Of a DNA stretch of 64,000 nt, positions 1 to 11,096 are shown in pieces. Within the stretch, counting starts at the first letter, position 1. Each line of letters begins with the position of its first letter. Under the pieces are notes generated by a model. The model was given only the letters and a program-made list of their open reading frames with translations. It did not search any database and was not told the origin of the DNA. Source of the DNA: Sphyrna mokarran (Eukaryota); NCBI GenBank assembly GCA_024679065.1, contig JAGIQG010000014.1, positions 4,340,001 through 4,404,000 of the forward strand, in the 5' to 3' direction. Both the position numbers and the translations under genes were made by a program.

Positions 1-2689
1 GTCAAATTCGTGTGAAGCTACTGAAACTTGCCGGAGATGTGAAAAGAGGGCATTTTTTGGTAGGACTCAAACTCAGCCTTTGTTCGGGGAGCTGGAGAAT
101 GCAGACTTTCATTGCTTCATCGGCAAGTGACTAAACGGAGAGAAAAAATCAACTCCTAACAATGAGTTGAACCAACAGTTTAACCATCAGAGACAGAACT
201 ACCCGAGGTTCCACTGTTTGTCTTTACCCGGTGTCTGCAGCGTCTGAGAACAGATCCTCCACTTATCCACTCCTTCTCAATCCTCCCTTTATAGATCATT
301 TCCATTACTGGCAAGACTACTTCTTCAATTTGATCTTATCTTCATAAATCCTGTTGCACCTAACCATCTGCGTAAGGGACAATGTGACAATTGCTGTTTC
401 TCTCGTGTTTCTGGCCAATAGAGCATTGAAGATAATTTTAATTATGGAAATACATGAGATTTATGGAGTGAAAAATCGAAAGCATTTTATCTTGATTGTC
501 CTAAAATGAAGAAAGCTAAAGTCCGTGTAATTGTGCTAAATGTAATTTTGGATAATAAACGGATTTGGCGTCCAATTTGTTCGTTGAAGTGTTTCACATT
601 TCACTTTTCCATGCTTTCCTGATGAGCGTGTAGTCATATTAATTATTCATTTCTTTCGTGTCGGAGCTGGGTTTCGGAGTCCAATGTCTTGGAATTCCAA
701 CCAGTGTTTGTACAAGTGGGCTGAAAGGTGAGTTAATGTGATTTTCTGCTTGTCTGACCCCGTTAATATTGATTTGGAAACGGAAACGTGAGCACCACAC
801 TGCTTAATGCTGAAAACAATACCGTTAAAATTTGAAGCGCTTCTCTGTACATGGGGTACAACGCACGGTTGACGTTCCATTTCAAGCACTCGGGATTAAT
901 TCATAACCACTTTTAAACAATAAACGAGCAACACATTTCATTACAAAATTGCGGAGAGGCACATTCCAGGAACAGATGGAATTAAAACTAGTTTATTTCA
1001 AACACGTAAGCAATTTCCGTATTTTGTTGGAGACAAAACAACATATTTTATTGAATAGATTACCCCAAAATATTTTATCACACACTTCACAAAATATGTT
1101 GTCACATATTTTACGACATAATACTTTACTACTTCTATTTACCGCAGACTGTTTTAACGCAGAATGATTTAGTGCACACCTGGCCACATAATATTTCAAG
1201 GCATATTTTAAGACATAATACCTTGCCACATATTTTGTGAAGAACACTTTACCACATGCTTACTGCAGAATGCTTTACCGAGAACAGAAAAGAAATATAG
1301 TTATTCTACTCCATGGTGACACTACCAAGGGTGGGGACGTGGGATTTATGAATAAAACTAAACTAACTTTATTAAGAAATTATTTTTACGCAATGCATCC
1401 TCAACCTCACGACGTTCGCAAACACTTTAAAATTAATGAATATTTTTAAATATGGACACATCGTGGAATTAAGAGCAAAGTTCGATCGACAGGAAATGGT
1501 TCGGAATCGATGAGGGAGAGATATTAGAAAGGGGTTTCAGCGAGACTTTGGGTGTGTTAGAATGAAGAAGAATTCTGATAGGTGAAATTAGCGAGTGGAT
1601 TGATAGATTCCATCACCCATTTTTATTTTTATTTTTTACTCTGTTTAACTTTCTCAGGAATTCATCAAACACCAAGCACTCATGGACGAACGCAATCACC
1701 GCGACAACTAAGTCCCTTCCTGGTGACTGTGCTGTTTTGACAATGAAACCATTCTAGATCGGTGCCGGTGGAGCCATGTTGCTGCAGGTCGGACCCTGAA
1801 GTGGCCGCGTTTGAGTGGTGATGTCCTCATCAGTGGGTGTATTATTTTGCTGCAAATTGATGTCAAAACATTGAATACACTTAAAATTAAAGTAACTGAC
1901 ATGAAATGTAACGATTCATTTTCAATATCAATGACATTTCTCAATAACTAATAATTCTGTGTAATTATTTCTTTGTAACGTTGAAGTACACACTACAATT
2001 CAAAATTATTAGAATCACTATAGGTTGCTGGCACTGTCTTGCCCGTTGGTCAAAAAAAAAACAGACTCACTGAATTTGTGAAGATTATGCAATGTCAGGT
2101 GCCCAGAAGAGGATGCAAATTTTGTCATTTGAACCGAAATGGAAGTTAAATAAATGTTTCACCCACTGAGAAAAAAAACATTAACAGTGTTGGTATGAGA
2201 ATAATAACATAGATAAAACTTTCATGGCAGCTGATTGGCTCCGGAATTGAAGATGGAAAGCTTCTGAACTGTGTAACCACAGACCTCAAAATACCTTTTG
2301 ACTAGAAGATCACCACTTAGACCCCTATGCCATGGTTCTACTTCCATTCAGTTTGGTCTTGTCCCTGAAGCAACTTAACTACCAATTCCGTTATTTGTAA
2401 GTTTCTGCTTCTGACACCCACAGTTATTTGCCTATCGTGCATGCAATGTCACCTTCAAGGCGTAGCCTTTCCCACCGTATATATCCACCTCGCAACTTTC
2501 TTCAGAACCATGATAAGTTTTCATTCCCAGATTCCTCTCCGAGCCCCGATGAAGAATATTTGTGAGAGCAGAATGTTTAATTGATTTGTTTTCAAGCAGA
2601 ACTTTCAAAATCCAGACAGTTCTCTGAGAAATAAATCAGCTGAATTTTTCGCATCGTTGTTATGAATGGTTTTAAAGCTCTGCCGGGCT

Positions 2690-2752
2690 AGAACAAAGAA
2701 CAAAACAACACGGGAAACAGGCTCTTCGGCCCAACGAGCCCGCGCCGCCACC
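2690..2752 (-). mobile_element. CR1/SINE 3' tail fragment (unit 1 only)
   Basis: Reverse complement of GGGCTCGTTGGGCCGAAG.GCCTGTTTCC...TTGTTCTTTGTTCT; absent from units 2 and 3. Confidence 0.7.
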
Positions 2753-2835
2753 TCGACGTTCCCACTTCCACCCATGATCCATGTCTATGTTTATAGAAAT
2801 CTACATCGGTATAGAAATCTGCATTGGAACCAAAC

Positions 2836-3028
2836 TGGTGAAACAATTTAGGGAGAGTTTGTTCTGACAATCAGCCTAAGAACACATCTTTGGGGTGTGG
2901 GAGGAAACCGGAGCACCCGGAGAAAACCCACGCAAGTACGGGGAGAATGTGCAAACTCCCACAGATACAGGCCGAAATCCATGCATCTGCACAGCATAGC
3001 GATAGTCACTAAGCTGTCGTGTTGCCCG
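2836..3028 (-). mobile_element. HE1/V-SINE-like SINE
   Basis: V-domain-like core TGTGGGAGGAAACCGGAGCACCCGGAGAAAACCCACGCA...GGGGAGAATGTGCAAACTCC. Confidence 0.8.
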
Positions 3029-3784
3029 TCAACTGGTCCAATTCAAGCATACGCTAACGACGTGAAGCACTAGGCTATTCTCGAAAAGTCAACAACAAGG
3101 CGGAGCGAAATACCTGTAGGATTGTCACACCAATTCGCGAGAGGGAGTGACTGCTCTCCAGCGTGTCCCACAATGCCTCCCAGCATCTTAAATCCCTTAC
3201 CTAATTCATCTCCAAAACATTATTCGTCCAATCAGACTTTGGAACATTTCAAAAAATCTTTTCGATTTCATATTCACTGCCCCGTCAATACCTCCAGTGC
3301 TGGTTATAGGGACAGCCCATATTTGAAGAATTGTCCACAGATGTTCCAGTTGAAGAATAATCAATTTAAAGACATTTAGCCCATATATTTAATTTAACAT
3401 TGCTCAACTTCATTCAAAATTCTGGCAACAAACGTCAATGTGGACGGCAAAGCTTCTCCACTCCAAACGCGTGCGTGTTAGATTGACTGGCCAGGGGAAG
3501 TTGCAGCTTCTTGTCAGGGAGCCGCACAAGCTAAATACGTGCAGTTAGCGGGATGGGCCTGGATGGGATTGTTGTTGGTGCAGAATCAGTGGGCTGACTT
3601 GCTTCGTTCTGTACTCCAGCGACTTCTGCACTCTGTTCCATGTTTTGTTTTGAGTTATCTGCACATTCCAGAATGGAGCAATTTGAGCAATTTCACTGAA
3701 GAAACGCAGCAAATCGCCGAAGACAGTATCTTTTAAACATACATGCACGAACATCTATAAGGACCATGGAAATCTATAAGGACC

Positions 3785-4893
3785 ATAGAACATAGAACAC
3801 GACAGTGCAGCACAGGCCCTTCGGCCCTCGATGTTGCACCGACCAATGGAAGCAATTTTATGACCCTCTATCCTAAACTATTCCAATGCTATCCGTATGC
3901 CTATCCACTGACCATTTGAACGCCCTTAAACTTGGCGAGTCCACTACTGCTGCAGGCAGGGCATTCCTCGCCCTTGCTACCTTCTGAGGAAAGAACTCAC
4001 TTCTAGCATATGTCCTATAACTACCACCCCTTAATTTAAAGCTATGTCCCCTCGTGCTATCCATCTCCATCCGAGGACAAAGGCTCTCACGATCCACCCG
4101 ATCTAACCCTCTGATCATCTTATATGTCTCAATTAAGTCACCTCTTAGCCTTCTTCTCTCTAATGAAAATAGCTTCAAGTCCCTTAGCCTTTCATCATAA
4201 GCCCTACCCATCATACCAGGCAACATCCTGGTAAACCTCCTCTGCACCCTTTCCAATGCCTCCACATTTTTCTTCTAATGTGGCGACCAAAACTATACAC
4301 AATATTCCAAATGCGGCCTCACCAGAGTTTTGTACAGTTGCAACATAACATCTCGGCTCCGAAATTCAATCCCTCTACCAATAAATGCTAACACACTATA
4401 CACCTCCTTAACAACCTTATCAACTTGAGTACCAACTTTCAGAGATCTATGCACCTGTATACCGAGATCTTTCTGCTCATCTACACTACTAAGAATCCCA
4501 CCATTAGCCCTATATTCTGCACACAAATTAATCTTACCAAAGTGAATCACCTTATACTTTTCCACATTAAACTCCGTTTGCCACCTCTCGGCCCAGCTCT
4601 GCAACTTATCTATGTCCCTCTGCAAACTGTAACATCCATCCTCACTGTTTACAACTCCTCCGACTTTGGTGTCGTCAGCAAATTTACTAACCCATATCTC
4701 TACACCCTCATCCAGGTCATTTATAAAAATAACAAACAACAGTGGCCCAAAAAAAGATCTCTGAGGAACACCACTAGTAACTAAACTCCAGGTTGAATAT
4801 ATCCCATCAACCACCACCCTCTGTCTTCTATCAGCTAGCCAATTCCTAATCCAAATTGCTATATCTCCCTCAATCCAGTGCATCTGCATTTTC
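3785..4893 (-). mobile_element. 5'-truncated CR1 LINE (RT C-terminal part and 3' tail), unit 1 only
   Basis: ORFs 4293-4922 (SGVPQ..GPLLF, KFADDTK, LYKTLVRPHLEYC) and 3873-4265 (LERVQRRFT, RRRLRGDLIE); (TTCTATG)n tail. Confidence 0.95.
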
Positions 4894-4914
4894 AGAGAAG
4901 CAGAGTCGTAGAAA

Positions 4915-5150
4915 TACCTCAATCTGGAAGTTTCTCTTCAAGTCACTCAACATTCTAACTTGGGAATATAGTGCCGTTCCTTCACTGTTGCTATGTCGAA
5001 TCCTTGAACTCCTGCCTAGCAGCACATGTGCCTACATCACATGGATCAGTCCTAAATGTCAGTTCACAAGCAACTCCTAAACGACAATTCTTGATCAGGA
5101 AGAAATGATGGCCGAACCTGCTATACAGAAACCTGGCTAAATAAGCTTAA
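4915..5150 (+). mobile_element. Old LINE 3'-end remnant (also at 30997-31230 and 63957-64000)
   Basis: CAAGTCACTCAACATTCTAACTTGGGAATATA..GCCGTTCCTTCACTG resembles a common elasmobranch LINE 3' end; in unit 2 its tail resembles that of the SINE at 46410. Confidence 0.6.
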
Positions 5151-5817
5151 AAATTATCATGTTGTGTGACTCTTTTCAATATGCATGTCTTTAAACATTT
5201 ATGATTGATGCTTCGAATCGTGCTGTGTCATTTTTTCTATTCTGTATATGCCGCTACTGGTTAACATATATAGAGTGAGCAACTATCGCATTATTTGCAA
5301 ACACAACGTTGTTTCACCAAACATGCGACTGTGATTCATTTGTAGAAGTAATTGATTCAAGATCGTTATGAAACCACCACGCGCAGCTAAAAGACAGAAC
5401 GATTATCTGATAATAAATGAGCACATTCCACTCCATTTCGTTGATGTGAGTCTATACTCGGGCCTAACGGTGAACTACAGTAAACAATGCTGAGGTTTTC
5501 GATCGATCACTTTCTGCACCGACATATGGAATGACTGGCAAAGTATTGCACCTAAAACAATGTCAGCACCTCTCAAGGATCGTTATAAAAAATGAAGTCT
5601 TATTTTAAACTGATGTTAACGGTGCAATTGAAAAACAAATGCTGAAGAAAATAGACATAAGATACTAAAGCATTGGAATCGGACCATCGAACATCTTTTT
5701 CGGGAAGGATGTTCGGAGGATGATTTTTGAATGGGGACGGGGACGATGCTCCTTTTCTGTCCTATTATTTCACGAGACAATTCGTGTCCAATTTAGGGTG
5801 CAGGCAGGAGTAGACTA

Positions 5818-6024
5818 TCAGATGCCAGCTTTTGGACTAGATGTCTGACTTTCCATAATTCTGTGACAGAACACCACTCCAACAGTACACCAATAGAGCA
5901 CAAGCCATGATTTCTGCGCACAAGTGAATTGGGGCCTGTTGTTCTGACTGAGGTGTTTGCAAAGCCATATTACAACACTGAGAAGAATAGTAGAGAATCG
6001 TTCAGAGATATCCTGGAGTATTTT
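5818..6024 (-). CDS. Candidate terminal exon of MS4A-like paralog 1 (KILQDISERFSTILLSVV...)
   Basis: Pyrimidine tract CTCTGTCTTTTTT followed by tandem AGs (GAGAGGCAG). The phase-0 frame after CAG is open to a stop at 5818. Other acceptors (6028 or ~6114) give short tails, so the call is uncertain. Confidence 0.35.
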   Translation of the reverse strand, partial: KILQDISERFSTILLSVVIWLCKHLSQNNRPQFTCAQKSWLVLYWCTVGVVFCHRIMESQTSSPKAGI

Positions 6025-6196
6025 CTGCCTCTCAGCCAAAAAAGACAGAGTATTAACTATTCATAAGCGCAATGTATTAGAGTACTCATTAATGACCATT
6101 GGAATTCATTTTCTTGTGAACAAAGTAAAGTTGAGACAAAAGTTCTTACTGTTCACTTCATCCATAAATATAATTAGAGCTTATGCATTTACCAAC

Positions 6197-6322
6197 CTTA
6201 TTGATTCGCATCTTAGAAATTCTGCACAGCATCACACACCCGACAATGGAAGCAGTGACTGAGACTGCGAGCTCTAGCAACGCTAGGCTCCAGAGGATGA
6301 CAAGGAAAATCCAGCAATAATC
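6197..6322 (-). CDS. MS4A-like paralog 1, TM4 exon (42 codons)
   Basis: GATACAG|GAT...AAG|GTTGGT; IFLVILWSLALLELAVSVTASIVGCVMLC followed by basic residues. Confidence 0.87.
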
Positions 6323-9300
6323 CTGTATCAGTGGTAAGAACATGTTAAGGACCATTGGAGTTAAGTAAAATGAATTGTGGCAAAAATATTTCTCACACTC
6401 CCTCTGACAGCATAATTGACTGCGATACTTATCCCAAAATATTCGGCAAAGAATATTTCAAACTGCGGCAAATTTAACAGGTTGGATGTAGGATTGACCT
6501 CCCTTAGTTGTGATACTGCATTAGTGAACGCTTGTTTCAAGCATACATGGTTTGCTGTCGAATCGAGTTCAAGGGAAAATTACATATATTGGCATTCCAT
6601 TTACCCACGTTTTTCGTTGTCTCAGATGGGGAATGATGGAGATCTGATTGACGAGTCCTGCTCAGGGAAGCAACAAAAAAATTATGTGATAGATCATTCG
6701 GTCAGTCTGTTCACGAGTCGGCTGACTTTATCATTTTTATCCATGGCTCCTGACCTTGCCCCACAGCTCTGCATTTGGCTATTATATGTATATCCAATTT
6801 GCTCCTTAAAGTCGGGGTCGGGTGGGGGGGGGGGTGGTCGTGGAGGGGGTTGATCTATTAACACCAGACAATTCAACCAGATTTGAGAATTTTGGAGAAA
6901 ATGCTTAATAATACAACAAACTGATGAGACTGGGAACATTTCCCTTAAATGTTCCTGCCAAGCAAAATCCTGGACGGTGATGTGTCAGTAATATTTAAAA
7001 ATGTGTACAGATTACTACAAGTCGCCTCCTTTTTTTGTAACTCCAAAATTAGAAACATCTGCTGACAAAAACAAAGCGTTCAATCGTTCTGGTATTTGGT
7101 GCTGGGGAGGTAGGATTTTGGTTTTGGGGCATTCACATGACAAATCGATGCTCATGTTTGCTTGTGCTTTTCAGTGGAAACTTCAGGGATGGTTGGGGAA
7201 AATCTCCTCAATGTCTCGTGCCTCTGGATTCACCTGTTCAAACGAGCATCTCACCGGTCAACCAGATTGCATGATTCGTAAGATTGAAATCAATCGATGC
7301 GTCCTTGCCAATGTAAAGTGTGCTCTTATGGTACTCTCCCTGAATCTGCAAATCAGAGGCTCGTGGTAATGCTGTTTGAACATCTTAGTTTTTTAAAGTT
7401 AGTTTTATGTTCGTTGCTAGGTTGAGCTTGTTTTTTGGAAGCATGTTGGTGTGGAATAGCAACACGGGATCAAGTTACTTCAGTACTAAGTATTGCCAGT
7501 ATGTCTATGTCAAATGAAACGAAAGGCTGACTGCTGATTTATACATTATTACGCTATTTTTAGATTGTATTACATACTTACAGGAAAGTAGCAGAAGGTA
7601 TCCACCTGTTTTAAAGCACAGAAATATCTTGAGATGCAAAAGCGGGCGTCAACATGAAACAGAAATAAATCCAGAGCCACCGCTAAGCCACTGGCCAAAT
7701 TCACCAATAGGCATTTCGTCACCTGAGAAGATTAAGCAGCAATTTTTCAGAAAACTGCTCATCATGATATCTCACAAAATTATTGGTTATTTGGATATTA
7801 AAAATTGCATTCGGTACATTGACCAAAGAGGTGAAAATTTATTTCAATAGCATTGCAAAATAATTTGAATTTATAATTATTTTGGTAGTCCGAAATAATC
7901 GTGAGCATTGCATTCTACAGAATGCGGCACTTTATACACATAGCAAATCATCAGATTTGAAGAATGAGGCCCCCTCTCAGCCGTGGAATCACGTGTTATA
8001 AATGTTCCAGAGCCTCTGTGCATCTTTGAGGAAACCCAAGCACGTGTATCCCAATGTTCGTTTCACTAAAGTTCCAATTAAACTTAAACTGTCATCATTA
8101 ATTTTCATTTTGATTCTCCGTCAAAATGCAAATGTGCAAATGCGAGCTAGCTACGCCAATTCCCTATCATTTATTTTACACGCTAACTGAATCCCCCGTT
8201 ATTTTAGCAACTTACTCTCTCACCCGTTATTTTAGCAACCACTTCACTAAAGAATTCACCATGAAGAGTCTTTATCAAATCACCATGTAATAGGCCAGTG
8301 ACAGAATGAACTTTAAAACAGTACTGCTCACAGTGAACTTTTGTTTCAGAGTAACGCTATATGTGTATACTTACACGATATTTGTTTCTGCCAGTTCCAA
8401 GATTAAACCACTGAGTTCCACAAACGATTACCTGGGATGAAAAGTACAAATGTTCATTCACTTGATACGACACATTGACCAAAAAGAAAAACTGCCTGAT
8501 ACGCTGCAGGAAAAGATGTCTCGAGGCACGGTACATGTTACGACAAGGAATGAACGGACACCGCTCGACAACCACCCTACAAGAGTGTTCCCCTTCTGTC
8601 AGTCAAGGGCATTGAACCTCCGATCTTCGGGTAAACGTTTTCCAAGGCGGCCTTCAAGACATCGGGCAACGCAGAATCGCCTAGCAAAAACTGATCGCTA
8701 AGTTCCATAAACATGAGGATGGCCTCAACCGGGATCTTGGGTTCATGTTACACTACGTATAACTCCCAACATTTGGTGTGGGCTAGCAAAATCCAACTAA
8801 CTGTCCTGGTTTGAGACAGTTCACAAACCTTTAATTATCCCTCTCTCCACTGGTATTGTCTGTTCCTGTAAAGCCTTGATTATCAGTAACGACTTGCATT
8901 CTAACTACTATCTTGCTATTTGAGTCTGTGTCAACATATGCACCCTATTTGTGAAGCCAACTCTCCACTCAACTGATGAAGGAGAAACATTCTGAAAGTT
9001 CGGGCTACCAAATTATCCTGTTGGAATTTAACTTGTTGTTTTAAGCCTTCTTTTTCTCCCATCCCTGTCCGACTCCGACATCTCGCATCACAACTACTAT
9101 CAACATTGTATCTCTATTTTTCTGTTTTTCATTCATAGGCTTGACCAGACTTGCCTGGCATGGATCTATATTTATACTGCAGTTTTTCTAGACGTTTTTC
9201 AAGTGTTTTTCTCAAGTTAAGGAAACAATAAGGAAATTGGACGAGAGCTGATAACTCCAAACAACTTGAGCTAACGTCGCTTTTTCATCAATTTAACAGG

Positions 9301-10202
9301 TCCCAAAAATGTAAGGGTTGGGGGCGAAACTGTGACACATGGGGGTCAGTGTATGTAATGTGAGCAGAAATTATGTCTTAACGTATAATTTGCCACGGGG
9401 CATTTTGCACTTAGTGGGAAGTGAGCGGCAATGGAGGCGTGGAGTGACGCCAGAGTTACTGTTGAAAGAAAAACGATGAAACCTATTGGTAAGATAGAGG
9501 GGTAACTGTGAAAATTCTATAAACGAGCCGGACATTGCCGTGGGAAGCCCCATTTCAAAACATGTGGATGAATGCAAATTTCAAATCATAATTAATACTG
9601 AAGAACATTGTGGCACAGACACAAGAAGGTTAAAAATCGGAAAATTCGGTTCATATATTAATTTCAATGTAGTTTTATACGAGTAGTTTTGGGTATTGGG
9701 AAAGGTGTCTTCTTATTACACTACAAAATAGAGGTCCAGATGATTTTATTTAGAGTTTCATCAAAACTGGTATTTTTAAAAAAGGGTGTGAAAAATCAGA
9801 GTTGCATTCTGGAGAACCAGGATTAAACATCAATGAGATGTGCAGTCAAGCAAAATCCAACATAGGTTCAATTATAACCAGTCCATGATCTGGACAAGGA
9901 ACTGTGACTTACCGACAGACCGCTGAACCAGTGCGTTCTGTAAATCCTTGAATTGGGCACCGGCATCGGAACAATTATCACCCAATAAAGAAAAAGCCGA
10001 TAGAGAATAAATAATATTCCCAAGACAACCTGAGTGACCTAAAACATGGAAAAGAACAAAGAAGGTAATATGCAAACAGGTGAACTGTATGAAATAAAGG
10101 AAAACCAAACAGTGCGTGTGAAGTGGATATGAGGCGGATGGGGTGAAGAGGTACAGGGATGGAATAGAAGGAGATGGAGGCGAGAGAGAGAGACTCTGTG
10201 TA

Positions 10203-10254
<52 letters not shown>

Positions 10255-11096
10255 AGTAGAAAATTTGATCAGGAAACAACAAAAGAAATCGTTAACGAGT
10301 TCACCAATACAAGGAATCGACATCATTTCAGAAGAAACAATCGTTGCATATATGTTGCATTGTATAATATGGTGAGCTGCATCTGCTGTCTACACTCTGG
10401 GAAACCGTCGGTGCATTTTGGGCAGCAATGATCAAAACGGCAAATACTATCATCTAGAATGACGGTTGATGGTAGGAGCTTTGCCATATCCAAGACCCGG
10501 CTAAATCACACAACAGCCTGCCTGAAAATATATTGCCAGCATGAAACCTTCCACTGTTGCCATGTTAAGGTTATGGGACTACCATCGTCAGAGACTCTGT
10601 AGTCATTCAAAATGACAATCCAGCCAAATATTATGAAGGGGCAGTTGGATATAGCATCATCAGCGACGCCCAGGTCTTCGGTATGACTGAAGAAACATCG
10701 AACTTTACTCCTGTATTTCTTCAAAATTATTTGAAACGAAACATACGAGTGATATTACTCAATACCTATGGATAACTACGGTCGTTAATGTTAATAACCT
10801 GTTGCATGATGTTCATGCACACAATCGTTAACACCATTTTGATCATTGCATGTTGTTTGTGTAACTTCGACAGCAAAGATTTTGAGCTTTCTGAATAAAT
10901 TTGAAACCCGAATAAAACAATGACGCAATCTTACACCCAGATGTTTCGTTGGTTCCAGCTTAATCGCTTGGATGATCGAGTTTCTGGCCTGTGACTGACT
11001 ATGGATGTCTCCACAAGTTGGTGAATCTTTTATACCCGACTGTAGGGATACATCGTGGATGGTGAATCCGGATTCAGCGCTCAGTGTGGCAGACAT
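6197..11096 (-). CDS. MS4A: MS4A-family (CD20-like) tetraspan membrane protein, paralog 1; core coding exons 11096-10935, 10038-9913, 8431-8375, 7722-7582, 6322-6197 (first and last exons uncertain)
   Basis: Five exons, all AG..GT bounded and phase 0 (162, 126, 57, 141, 126 nt), splice to a stop-free frame: MSATLSAESGFTIHDVSLQSGIKDSPTCGDIHSQSQARNSIIQAIKLEPTKHLG|VTQVVLGILFILYRLFLYWVIIVPMPVPNSRIYRTHWFSGLS|VIVCGTQWFNLGTGRNKYR|VTKCLLVNLASGLAVALDLFLFHVDARFCISRYFCALKQVDTFCYFP|DYCWIFLVILWSLALLELAVSVTASIVGCVMLCRISKMRINK. As recalled, this matches MS4A hallmarks: KxEPKxLG|xxQ before TM1, a 57-nt exon splitting TM2, xNxxS in TM3, LLExxVSxxxSxxGCxxLC in TM4. Family-level call only. Confidence 0.85.
7582..7722 (-). 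CDS. MS4A-like paralog 1, TM3 and large extracellular loop exon (47 codons)
   Basis: TCTTCTCAG|GTG...CCT|GTAAGT; VTKCLLVNLASGLAVALDLFLF helix followed by a Cys-containing loop. Confidence 0.85.
8375..8431 (-). CDS. MS4A-like paralog 1, 57-nt TM2-end exon
   Basis: CTTTTCATCCCAG|GTA...CGT|GTAAGT; 19 codons, same size as in unit 2 and as recalled for MS4A genes. Confidence 0.82.
8495..9090 (+). mobile_element. Penelope-like retroelement fragment (GIY-YIG C-terminus and 3' repeat) in an MS4A intron
   Basis: Translates LIRCRK...MNGHRS...SDLRVNVFQGGLQDIGQRRIA*QKLIAKFHKHEDGLNRDLGF; tail CTGATGAAGGAG...GAAAG. Confidence 0.85.
9913..10038 (-). CDS. MS4A-like paralog 1, TM1 / loop 1 / start of TM2 exon (42 codons)
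   Basis: TGTTTTAG|GTC...TCG|GTAAGT; VTQVVLGILFILYRLFLYWVII hydrophobic helix. Confidence 0.87.
10182..10250. repeat. Compound (GA)n/(GT)n/(GA)n microsatellite; counterpart at 36213-36300 with poly-G
   Basis: Direct reading. Confidence 0.95.
10935..11096 (-). CDS. MS4A-like paralog 1, N-terminal cytoplasmic exon (54 codons)
   Basis: Acceptor AG directly before ATG at 11096; ends ...EPTKHLG|GTAAGA; conserved in unit 2 with a 3-nt in-frame indel. Confidence 0.85.

Noticed and set aside
6140-6200. LIIFMDEVN resembling a helicase/ATPase Walker B motif
   Set aside because: No Walker A; lies in the intron after the MS4A TM4 exon and is frameshifted in unit 2
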